From Callorhinchus milii (Eukaryota): DNA of 64,000 nucleotides. The notes beneath the pieces are model-generated. The model did no database searches, was not told where the DNA came from, and was given only the letters and a program-made list of their open reading frames with translations. Position 1 is the stretch's first letter. Each line of letters begins with the position of its first letter. Shown in pieces: positions 25,751 to 36,129 of the stretch. The stretch covers positions 90,336,001 to 90,400,000 of the forward strand of contig NW_024704743.1 of NCBI RefSeq assembly GCF_018977255.1, written 5' to 3'. Both the position numbers and the translations under genes were made by a program.

Positions 25751-25844
25751 ACATGAAATACACAGAGAGAGAGAGAGAGAGAGAGAGTGTGTTCAGGTCC
25801 TCAATCCCAGTGCTTTGTTTCAGTGCGTTTGACATTTCTACACA

Positions 25845-25876
<32 letters not shown>

Positions 25877-25880
<4 letters not shown>

Positions 25881-26700
25881 AATGTGATGGTGTGTGTGGT
25901 GATGTGTGTGCAATGTGATGGTGTGTGTGGTGTGTGTGCAATGTGATGGTGTGAGTGTGATGGTGTGAGTGTGATGGTGTGTGTGGTGATGTGTGTGCAA
26001 TGTGATGGTGTGTGTGATGGTGTGAGTGTGATGGTGTGTGTGGTGATGTGTGTGCAATGTGATGGTGTGTGTGGTGTGTGTGCAATGTGATGGTGTGTGT
26101 GGTGATGTGTGTGCAATGTGATGGTGTGTGTGGTGTGTGTGCAATGTGATGGTGTGTGTGGTGTGTGTGCAATGTGATGGTGTGTGTGATGGTGTGTGTG
26201 GTGATGTGTGTGCAATGTGATGGTGTGTGTGGTGTGTGTGCAATGTGATGGTGTGTGTGGTGTGTGTGCAATGTGATGGTGTGTGTGTGATGGTGTGTGT
26301 GTGTGCAATGTGATGGTGTGTGTGTGATGGTGTGTGTGATGGTGTGTGAGTGTGGTGTGTGTGATGGTGTGTGATGGTGTGAGTGTGATGGTGTGTGTGA
26401 TGGTGTGTGTGTGATGGTGTGAGTGTGATGGTGTGTGTGGTGTGTGTGATGGTGAGTGTGATGGTGTGTGTGTGATGGTGTGTGTGTGTGCAATGTGATG
26501 GTGTGTGTGTGTGGTGTGTGTGATGGTGTGTGTGTGCAATGTGATGGTGTGTGATGGTGTGAGTGTGATGGTGTGTGTGTGTGGTGTGTGATGGTGTGTG
26601 TGGTGTGTGTGATGGTGTGTGTTATGGTGTGTGTGATGGTGTGTGTGATGGTGTGTGCAATGTGATGGTGTGTGATGGTGTGAGTGTGGTGGTGTGTGAG
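25877..26700. repeat. GT-rich compound minisatellite (GTGTGATG / GTGCAATGTGATG units)
   Basis: Directly visible; begins ~25 nt into RIMS2 intron 1. Flanked on the left by (AG)n at 25763-25787 and (CT)n at 25848-25876. Confidence 0.95.
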
Positions 26701-26724
26701 TGCTGTTTGTGGGGATGCCCTTAC

Positions 26725-26957
26725 CTGAGCATGGACTGTTCCTTCTCTTCCTCCTGGCGTTGCCTGTCCATAACGGCCAGGATGATCTTCCTCTCCTCCT
26801 CGGTCAGATGGCTGAGGTCCGGCAGGTCGGGCATGTCTGCGGGGGCCGGGGCCGGGGGTGGGGGTGGGGGGGGAGCGGGGGCTGAAGCTAGAAGATGAGG
26901 AGGGGGGGGAGCGGGGGCTGACTGGCGAGGACCCCGAGGCCCGAGAGGAGCCGACAT
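26725..26957 (-). CDS. RIMS2: First coding exon of RIM2-alpha (regulating synaptic membrane exocytosis 2), Rab3-binding helix start
   Basis: Translates MSAPLGPRGP...DMPDLPDLSHLTEEERKIILAVMDRQRQEEEKEQSMLR. The KIILAVMDRQ and EKEQS residues match RIMS2 rather than RIMS1 (NIIMAVMDRQ). ATG is at 26957. The exon is 233 nt and ends in a phase-2 AG|GTAAGG donor at 26725/26724. DCAF13 lies upstream on the same strand, as in mammals. Confidence 0.95.
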
Positions 26958-27720
26958 GTTGAGTAATAAACACAGTAAGGATTGCACGGGGGGAGGGGGA
27001 GGGGGGGCAGCCCGGGGTTGCTGGTCGGGGGGGAGAGGCGCTGTGAGCGGCTGCGGGTGGACGAGGAGCCGCCGGAGGGGGAGGAGGAGGCGGCGGCGGA
27101 GGCGGAGGAAACTGCTCCCGTCACATCCAAATCATTTCCACCGCTCGTTGCAGTTCGCCTCATAATTCTCTCTCTCTCTCTCTCTCTATTTAGGCATTTG
27201 CACTTTAGGGGAAAGGGAGGGGGAGGGGGTGGGGGGGAGGGGGTGGGGGAGGGGGTGGGGGTGGGGGTGGGGGAGGGGGTGGGGGTGGGGGTGGGGGGGG
27301 GGGGGTGGGGGGGGGGAGGGAGAATCCGCGAAAAAAACCACCCCCTCTCCCAACAAAAAACCCTCCACAAACTATTAGTTAAGGAGCAGCGATGCATTCA
27401 CTCCCTCCTTGTTCTCTGTGTGTCTGTGTCTCTCTCTCTGTCTGTGTGTGTGTGTGTGTGTGTGTGTCTCTCTCTCTGTGACTGTGTGTGTCTGTGTCTG
27501 TGTTCACTAACCCATCGCTAACATGATTTGTCGGCACCTCATTGCATCGCGCCCTTGGATGGACTGAGTGGGAGAGAGGAGAGAGAGAGGAGAGGAGAGA
27601 GAGGAGAGGAGAGGGAGAGGAGCCCTGGAGCACTTTCATTGACTCGCCACAAAGTATGGAGCGGAGTATCGATCAGGACCTGGATCCCCGTCCAATTAGA
27701 CTGGGCTCAGCTCCCACATC
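26958..27720 (-). promoter_or_regulatory. RIMS2 5'UTR / CpG- and GC-rich promoter region
   Basis: GC- and CpG-rich DNA directly upstream of the ATG, with GGC/GGA triplet runs (27060-27110), (CT)n and (GT)n tracts and G-runs. The TSS cannot be fixed from sequence. Confidence 0.7.
27209..27321. repeat. G-run tract (GGGGGT/GGGGGA)n
   Basis: Nearly pure G runs upstream of the RIMS2 ATG. Confidence 0.9.
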
Positions 27721-27722
27721 AA

Positions 27723-28288
27723 CCCCCTCCCTCTCTCCCTCTCCCTCCCTCTCTCTCTCTCTCTCTCCCTCCCTCTCTCTCTCCCTCCCTCTCTCTTTCT
27801 CTCCCTCCCCCTCCCTCTCTCTCTCTTTCCCCCGTTCCCTCTCTCTCTCTTCTCCCTCTCCTCCTCTCTCTCCCTCCCTCTCTCTCCCTCCCTCTCTCTC
27901 TCTCTTCCCCCCTCCCTCTCTCTCCCTCCTCCCTCCCCTCTCTCTCTCTCTCTCCCTCCCTCTCTCTCTCTCTCTCCCCCCTCCCTCTCTCTCCCTCCCT
28001 CCCTCCCTCCCCCTCTCTCCCTCTCTCTCCCTCCCTCTCTCTCTCTCTTCCCCCCTCCCCTCTCTCTCTCTCCCTCTCTCTCCCTCCTCTCTCTCTCTCT
28101 CTCCCCCTCCCTCTCTCTCCCTCCCTCCCTCCCCTCTCTCTCTCTCTCTCCTCCCTCTCTCTCTCTCTCTCCCCCCTCCCTCTCTCCCTCCCTCCCTCCC
28201 TCCCTCCCCCTCTCTCCCTCTCTCTCCCTCCCTCTCTCTGTGTCTCTTCCCCCCCCCCCCCTCCCTCTCTCCCTCCCTCTCTCTCTCC
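27723..28288. repeat. ~570 bp polypyrimidine/polypurine (CT/CCCT)n tract
   Basis: Almost exclusively C/T on the plus strand. Confidence 0.95.
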
Positions 28289-28572
28289 TGTCTGGCCAGA
28301 CATCCCATTCTGTTCTGTTTGCTGAGGTTCAGTTCAAGTGACTTCCCTTTGACACCATTAAAAGAGGTTTGCGTGCATTTTGCGTTTTGAAGAGGACGAT
28401 GGAATACCCCACACAGGTGTAACCCCCCACACCCCCACCCACACCCCCACCCCCAGCGGTGTGATCAGCTGTGTTACAGGGGAAGGGCTGATGCAGTAGT
28501 CACCTCTCTCACTGTGTTGGGATCTCCAGGCTCCTGCCTTGTTTCAGATGAATTATAATCGCACATTTCTGC

Positions 28573-28630
28573 AGACGTCCTCCCGACGTGAAAGGCGCTC
28601 TATAGATGGAATCTTGTTGTTGTTGTTGTT
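28573..28630 (+). mobile_element. Minimal L2 3'-tail insertion
   Basis: GACGTCCTCCCGACGTGAAAGGCGCTCTATAGATGGAATC(TTG)n only. Confidence 0.8.
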
Positions 28631-29347
28631 TCTCCAGTCTTTCCACAGAGGCTTCAGTCGAGGGGTTAAAGGACGGGTAAGGCTTACTTACTTTTGAACA
28701 CTGATGAGGAAGAGGCTTACATTTCAGTCTACGTGAGAGAGGCAGACTGGTTAATAACCCGAAACCAGTCATCTTGAAGGTGGGGGGGGGTGAGGCCGTG
28801 CATTTACAATGCAACGAAAGAGAAAAGTAACTAAACGACTGAGAGATGTGAGCGCTTTTGCTATTTGGGCAGTGAGTTGGAAAATACGTGAGAGGTCACA
28901 CAGTCAGTGCACATCACCCCGGTTTCCCCCCCACCCACTCCCCTCCCCGTTTGCAGCTGAGGTTCACTGGGTGTAAATGCTGCAGGTACATGACCTGTGA
29001 GAGCATCCAGCCTGGTCAGTCACAGTGCAGGGAGGTCTGGGAGTTGCTGTCATATCAGGTCAATCGAAAAGACACGACAATACAGAAACAACAAGGATTA
29101 AACCAAACCAGTACAAGAGCAAATCCTGAGACGTCGTCTGCCTGTGCAGGTTCATTTCTGTCCTTGATTTCAGGGAGTAAATGGTTTTGAGTCGCATGAG
29201 GTGAGACCCCCCATTCGATGGCAACACCCATAGTGGAAGTCCTTTACCAAATATTATTGCAAAAGTTTCAAGAGTCTGTTTGGGGTCCCTGAATGCAGTT
29301 TTGTTTGGTCAACTTTTTAAATTTAGAACCTGCCAGTAACTGACTAT

Positions 29348-29705
29348 ATAATAATAACCCTTGCATTTCATATAGCGCCTTATCGTTTCTTCGAGACCTA
29401 TCAAAGCACTTTGCAGAATATACTGTAAAGTGAATTGACTGTATACTTTGTGGGCGAAATGCGGCAGCCAATTGCACACAGCAATGCCCCACAAACAGTC
29501 ATGGATTGAAGTGACCAATTTTTTTTTGAAGGAATTATTACCCCTGGAAAAGCAAACCGCCAATCGACTAACTACCAGGCTCCTACTTACTGCTAGGTAA
29601 ACAGAGGCATGTGGAATAAGGAAACTTGCCCAACATTTCGCCCTGCCGGAAATTGAGCCCAAGTCTCTCACTTGCAAGGCGAGTGCTCTAACCACTGAGC
29701 TACAG
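29348..29705 (-). mobile_element. tRNA-SINE (long subfamily)
   Basis: Full body and tail. Its first bases (GACTCCA on +) are displaced to 30037-30043 by the next insertion. Confidence 0.88.
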
Positions 29706-30031
29706 TGGAGTCCTGTAGCTCAGTGGTTAGAGCACTCGCTTTGCAAGTGAGAGACCTGAGTTCAATTCCAGGCAGGTCAGGGCGAAACCTTGGGCAAGTT
29801 TCCTTACTCCACACGCCTAATAATAATCCCTCCAAAAAACAAAAACAATAATTAAATTGGTCATTTTCAATCTACGACTGTTTGTGGGACATTGCTGTGC
29901 GCAATTGGCTGCCGCGTTCGCCCACAAATATACAGTCAATTCACTTTACAGTGTGTTCTGTGAAGCGCTTTGGGACGTCCTCCTGACGTGAAAAGCGCTA
30001 TATCAAATGCAAGGATTATTATTATTATTAT
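29706..30031 (+). mobile_element. tRNA(Ala-like)-derived SINE (short subfamily), TSD TACAG
   Basis: TGGAGTCCTGTAGCTCAGTGGTTAGAGCACTCGCTTTGCAAG..GAGTTCAATTCC; (ATT)n tail; TACAG at 29701-29705 and 30032-30036. Confidence 0.9.
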
Positions 30032-30049
30032 TACAGGACTCCAGAATAA

Positions 30050-30500
30050 TATAATGATAATAATCCTTGCATTTGATATAGTGCCTTATTACATCGTTGA
30101 GATGTCTCAAAGTGCTTCACAGGATATACTGCAAAATGGATTGACTGGGGAAGACAAATTTGCAGGGCTACGAGGAGAGAGCGGGGGAGTGGGATTGACT
30201 TGGATAGTATTTTTAAAAGAGCCGGCATAGACTCAATGGGCCGAATGGCTTCCTTCTGTACTGCATGATTCTATGATGACTGTATTTTGTGGGTGAAATA
30301 TGACAGCCAGTTGCACACAACAATATCCCACATGGAATGAGTGACCAATTTCATTTGGGGGATTGTTGGCCAGGACACCAAGAGAAACTCCCTTCTCTTT
30401 TCTAATAGTACCATGTAATCATTAACCTGAATAGTACCATCGGATCAATTACCTGAACAGACAGATGGGACCTTGGTTCAACGTGTCATCTGAAGGGCAT
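30050..30500 (-). mobile_element. Old DeuSINE (minus) with nested CR1 3' end (~30145-30278, plus)
   Basis: SINE tail and body are split by a CR1 3'UTR ending ATTCTATGATG. Confidence 0.75.
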
Positions 30501-32289
30501 ATCTATTCGTATTCAGAAAGACATTTACTGCATGTCAAAGGAAAGGCATCCAATGCCTATCAGGATAACGCAATTGGTGTATTAAAGTAATGGATTTAGC
30601 AAAAGGCTCTGAAAAGGATGTGGCATATAATTATACATATAGCATGTATATTTTCTGTGTTTCTGTGTTTATTTGCACCATATGTTATGGGGATATAATA
30701 GATAAGGATAAGTAACTGAGGCTAAACAATCTGTAGGGAAACAGAGCAGCTGTATTTGTTATATGGCATATGTACCATTTTACTTCCCACTTTGATAGAA
30801 AAATAATTGAGTTCAAAATGCCATGGGCTGTTGCAATCAAGTTTCATCCTACTACCGTAAAGCATATCTTGTCCACAAGAATACATACTAAAAAAAACAA
30901 ACACTTCCTAAAAAGCATCATTTTTCACTTTAGGATTAAGATTAGAGACACAAACAAAAATCAGAATTCATTATTCTTAATTTATTTCTTACAAAGTTCT
31001 ACCTATGGATGTGACAAAGAATTGCACCTTATGTAAAATGAATGTGTTCCTGTGATGAACATATTTTAATTCTGTTTGCAAATATTCCCAAATGAAATAC
31101 TGCCCAACAACTTCAATTTATCAAATTGTATATATTTTATATTTAAAAAAATTAAGAAGATGTAAGCATAAGTAATTTTAGTAATACAAACTTCACACTA
31201 TATATTAAAAAGACGGCACAGTAATTTGAAGAGTAAAATTACTCTGGTCACATTCACAAAATTCTAAGTCAGGTTTTCTTTTGCCAAACTTCGCTCCATG
31301 GTCCTGAATCTGCAGACTTTTGCTGCAGTTATGATTCAAGAGAATCAATAGCCCACTACCCTTGCCAGAGAGTCCACTCTTTATGAGTGAACCTAGACAG
31401 TGAGTAACAGCAAGATCTGCCTTTACTCATTGTGCAGGGCAACACAGCCAAACCCAACTCTACAGGACTGCACATACCAAAATCTGTTATTTGTTTCATT
31501 AATATTATAAAAGCACGAGGGATGTTTTAATTTTCTCACTTACTGATAAAATCATCTCCTCCACATGGTATCAGGAAAGGGCTCCAGCCTTATTGATATG
31601 CATTGCCTGAATCCCCATTTATACGACATATTTCAAGCAAATTGCATTAATGAGGTTTACCAACTTTATGTTTTAGGTTTCAGTTCCCAGATCATTGTTC
31701 ATGCTCTACATATCCAATGGTTTCCAAGAAAAAGCAAGCACTGATTCAAAATTACCCCCGAGAAATTAGGTGGAAAGAGAGAAAGGTGAAGTTACTGATG
31801 ATGGGCTCATACTGCACTGTTTCTTTAGAAGTGGAAGCTGAGTTCCTGGTGACAGGGAATTCTGTAATATTAGAGCATAGTTTTTGATCTACGTGAAGTT
31901 CTCAAACCATAATTTTGTAGATTTCAGAAAATCAATAGCAAGTATGTACAATAATTGTTAGTTTTCAATGTTATTTTGTAATTTATTGTTGTTTTAAAAG
32001 ATCATAACATTGTGAATTGTAAGCTGTATTTAGCTACATTAGCTGTAATTGAAAAAATAAATAATCTTACTTAAAGTATCCAGTAGACAGGAATATTTGT
32101 CAAAATAACTTTTCAGTTCCACAGTAACTATATTCCCTTTGTACTTGGCCAAATTAGTTTGAAACACATATAAAACCAAAGTGTGTTTACAGTACATACG
32201 CATAACAAGATCCTTAACAATGACCAAGTGCTATCTATTACAATGGTGGTACAGAAGAACAACAAATGATTTCAAAATCATTATAAAAA

Positions 32290-32715
32290 TAATAATCCTT
32301 GCATAATCCTTTGATGTAGCGCTCTATCACATCATTGAGATGTCTCAAAGCACTTCACAGGATATACTATACAGTGGATTCACTGTGTTGTGGATGAAAC
32401 TCAGCAGCCAATTTGCTCACAGCAATGTCCTACAAACAGCCATAGAGTGAGTGACCAGTTTTATTTAGGGGATTGTTGGTCAGGACACCAGGAGAAACTT
32501 GCGTCTCTTTTTGAACACTGCCATGGGATCCTTAACATCCATCCGAACAGGCAGACGGGACCTTGGGTTAACATCTCATCCAAAGGATGGACCTCTGACA
32601 ATGCAGCACACCCCAGCACTGCATTGGAGTGTCGTAAGTGATTCCAAGTCCCTGTGTGGGGCTTGAACCCACAACCTTCTGAGTCCGAGGCGAGAGTGCT
32701 ACCACTGAGCCAGAC
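32290..32715 (-). mobile_element. DeuSINE (SacSINE1-like), near full length
   Basis: Reverse reads GGCTCAGTGGTAGCACTCTCGCCTCGGACTCAGAAGGTTGTGGGTTCAAGCCCC, then Deu-like core and L2-like tail. Confidence 0.82.
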
Positions 32716-33132
32716 TGATGCACCAATGGCTAATGCCTAAGCACTTTCAGATTTTTTTTTACATGAAATGTGCTAAGTAAAGGTAAGTTGGTACTACATG
32801 ACAATGTTAAATGGTGAACCAGGAATCTATTACGGAAGGAAAACCCCTACCAATGCTTGAGACCTCAGTTTCAATGACTGAGAACTCAAAACGAGTGAGT
32901 TTCTTTTGCTGGAGAGTGCATTCTTTCCCTAGGATCAGGACACGGGACACATCATTTGCCTAAGACAACAGAAGAAGGTTGGCAGAAACCAAGATATCAA
33001 AGTGTGAATCGGGGGACTGTTGGAATTGAACAAGCTTAAAGCTATGAAGCAATGATAAAAGTATGGCTACATGTCTATCTAGCATTATTCAACCTGTTAG
33101 GGCAGTGTTTCTCAAGTTTTTTGAAACAAGTC

Positions 33133-33540
33133 GTGAAGTCCTGCAGCTCAGTGGTTAGAGCGCTCACCATACAAACGAGACACCTGGGTTCGATTCCCGG
33201 CAGGTCGAAATTTTGGGCAGGTTTCCTTACTCCACACGCCTGATAAAAATCCCTCAAGAAAAGAAACAGCAATAAATTGGTCACTTCTATCCATGACTGT
33301 TTGTGGGACACTGCTGTGCGCAATTGGCTGCCGCGTTCGCCCACAAATATACAGTCAATTCACTTTACAGTGTGTTCTGTGAAGCGCTTTGGGACGTCCT
33401 CCCGACGTGTAAAGCGCTATATCAAATGCAAGGATTATTATTATTATTATTATTTACAGTCTATTCTGTGAAGCGCTTTGAGATGTCTAGAATACGTGAA
33501 AAGCACTTCATCAAATGCAAGAATTATTATTATTATTAAG
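33133..33540 (+). mobile_element. tRNA-SINE (short subfamily) with duplicated tail
   Basis: B box GGTTCGATTCCC; the 3' unit TTCTGTGAAGCGCTTTG..AAATGCAAG.(ATT)n occurs twice. Confidence 0.87.
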
Positions 33541-33984
33541 TCTCAGTTTCTACTTAAAATGTGCTATTTTGATAGAGGTAAATCTAACTTGAAGCCTTCC
33601 GGAATGGATTCACTTACCTGACTGATGGTGAGATTTTCTGTAGGGTTTTTCCAACATTCAACCCAGTGCGATATTTTGTTTCTGTGTCAGTAAATATGAG
33701 TTCACTGTTCAGCTTTTGACTTTAATCCAGAAAGTAGGTAGGATCTCTTGATAAAGCTCTAACTTCAGACTATCATTACTTGACAGTTTCAGAAATTGTT
33801 GCTCCAGTAATGCTAACAGGGGAGTTTCAGCTTCAAGAGATGATAATGAATCTTACATCCATTGCTTTTTTTGTCTATGGGTCAGAATCAGAAAAAGAAT
33901 AATCCTTAAACGTTTTGAGAATCAATTTTAGATGAAACGAGATAATTTCATATATTATCTTTGTCTAACTCTTAAACAGATAAA

Positions 33985-34998
33985 TTGGAAGGAGGTGTGC
34001 AGCGGTGTCCCCCAGGGATCGGTATTGGGACCACTGCTCTTTCTAATATATATTAATGATCTGGACTTGGGCATAGAGAGCACTATTTCCAAGTTTGCAG
34101 ATGATACAAAGTTAGGTAGGGTAGTAAATAGTGAGGAGGACTGTAACCAACTGCAAGCAGACATACACAGAATGGTGGAATGGGCTGACATGTGGCAGAT
34201 GGATTTCAATGTGGATAAGTGTGAGGTGATACACTTAGGTAGGAAAAATGATAGGAGGCAATATAGACTTGGTAGCTCAATCTTAAGGGGGTGAACGTAC
34301 AGAGAGATCTGGGTGTTCAAGTAAGCGAATCATTAAAGGTAGCGGGGTAGTAAAAAAGGCATTTGGTGTACTGAGCTTTATTAGTAGGGGCATAGAGTAT
34401 AAGAGTAGGGAGGTTATGGTTAATCTATACAAAACACTGGTTAGGCCTCAGCTGGAGTACCCCGTCCAGTTCTGGGCACCTTACTTCAGGAAGGACGTTA
34501 AGGCACTGGAAAGGGTGCAGAGGAGATTCACGAGAATGATACCAGGAATGGGGAACCTTAGCTATGAGGACAGGCTGGAGAAGTTAGGACTTTTCCCATT
34601 AGAGCAGAGAAGGTTACGCGGGACCTGATAGAGGTCTTCAAGATCATGAAAGGTTTCAACAGGCTAGATAAGGAAAAGCTGTTTCCGCTGGTAGGTGTGT
34701 CTGTGACCCGTGGTCACAGTATTAAGATATCTACCAAAAGAAGCAGAGGGGAGGTTAGAAGAATTTTTTTCACTCAGCGAGTTGTTCGAATTTGGAATGA
34801 TCTGCCTGAAAGGGTAGTGAAGTCCGATTCGATAACAGCTTTTAAGAGAGAACTGGATAGGTATCTGGGGAAGAGAGGTTTGCAGGGTTATGGGGAGAAA
34901 GCTGGTGATTGGGGTTAGTGAAAGTGACTTGCCCTGTCAAAGAGCCGGCACAGACTCGATGGGCCTAATGGCCTCCTTCTGTGCCGTAACATTCTATG
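33985..34998 (+). mobile_element. CR1-clade LINE 3' fragment with RT motifs, frameshifted
   Basis: SGVPQGSVLGPLLFLIYINDL..SKFADDTKLG; LYKTLVRPQLEY..QFWAP; FFTQRVVRIWN; CR1 3'UTR. Confidence 0.94.
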
Positions 34999-35479
34999 CA
35001 AAAATCCATGAATTATTGTCATTAAGTGTGGAGTCTACAAAACATTGAAAATGAAAAAATTATCGTGTCCAACATTATTCCAAACATGTAGTTTTTTTTC
35101 GAAAGCTTATTTAAAACCTTGTCAGCTATTCCAAAGACTCAACAGATTTCTCTGCATAGACAAATTGAGCTGATTTAAGTGGTTGAATATATCTGCTAGA
35201 TATGCAAGCTGGGCAAACCACAGTAAATCACAAAGGTATTGTGATTAAATGCACTAAATGATACTGATTTTCAATTAAAATGACTTTCAGTTCATGTTGC
35301 ATTTCACACACTTGGTTTTAAACTTTATCACAGAATAACTATTCCTTCTCAATGATTCAGAGTAAACAGAGATGATCAACCCCCAATACTTCACACATAG
35401 AATTAAACAACAATAATTTGTACATTTGGTAATGCACCTTTCAAGTCGGGAGGACATTTCAAAGTCCTTTACAAGGTAC

Positions 35480-36058
35480 AACAACAAAATTACATTTGTA
35501 TAGCATATTTCATGTCGGGAAGACATCCCAAGGCGCTGGACAGCCAGTGTTTCGGATCCGAGCTAGGGGTCGGGAATCGGGAGGGTGAAGGACAGAGGGA
35601 AAGGAGGGCGATCAAAGGCACGGTCGAAGAGGAGGGTCTTGAGATGGGTCTTGAAGGAGGCAAGGGAGCGAGTGAGAAGGTGGGACTGCGGGCTGGAGTT
35701 CCAGAGGGTGGGGGCAGAGTGGTAGAACGGTGGGGCTGGTGAGATGTGGGATGTGAAGCAGGCCTGAGCCCATGAGTGGAGGGAGCAGGCAGGATTATGG
35801 GGGTTATGAGGTCGCAGAGGTAGGGGAGAGCGAGGCCATGGAGGGCTTTGAAGGTGAGGAGCAGGATTTTGAACTGTATCCTCTGTGTGATGGGAAGCCA
35901 GTGGAGTTGGGAGAGGATGGGGGCGATAGGGTCACAGAGCCTGGTGTGGGAGAGGACACGGGCTGCAGAGGTCTGGATGATCTGCAGCATATGGAGGGAG
36001 GAATTGGGGAAGCTGGCATGCAAGGAGTTTGCATAGTCAAGCCTCGATGTAATGAATG
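35480..36058 (-). mobile_element. L2-clade LINE 3' fragment
   Basis: AFITSRLDYANSL..LQIIQ.SAAR..LHWLPITQRIQFKILLL.FKALHGLA; tail. Confidence 0.87.
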
Positions 36059-36129
36059 CTTGTCTAGGATATACTGTAAAGTGCAGTGACTGGGCATTTG
36101 TACGTGAGAAATTATGCCTTTCACTCAGG

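Noticed and set aside
23501..26973. Very long ORFs (583, 546, 629, 403, 390 aa etc.) rich in G/W/A, P/Q/S or H/T
   Set aside because: They are translations of simple repeats that lack stop codons in several frames on both strands, inside RIMS2 intron 1. Not credible proteins.
27528..28390. Leu/Ser/Pro and Glu/Arg/Gly ORFs
   Set aside because: Translations of the (CT)n tract.
29706..29790. tRNA-Ala-like sequences (also at 739, 33133, 39120, 57300)
   Set aside because: They continue into SINE bodies and lack a proper acceptor stem and terminator; SINE heads, not tRNA genes.
33932..34918. Reverse-transcriptase ORFs as an active gene or novel RT system
   Set aside because: 5'-truncated, frameshifted CR1 ORF2 with a standard CR1 3'UTR.
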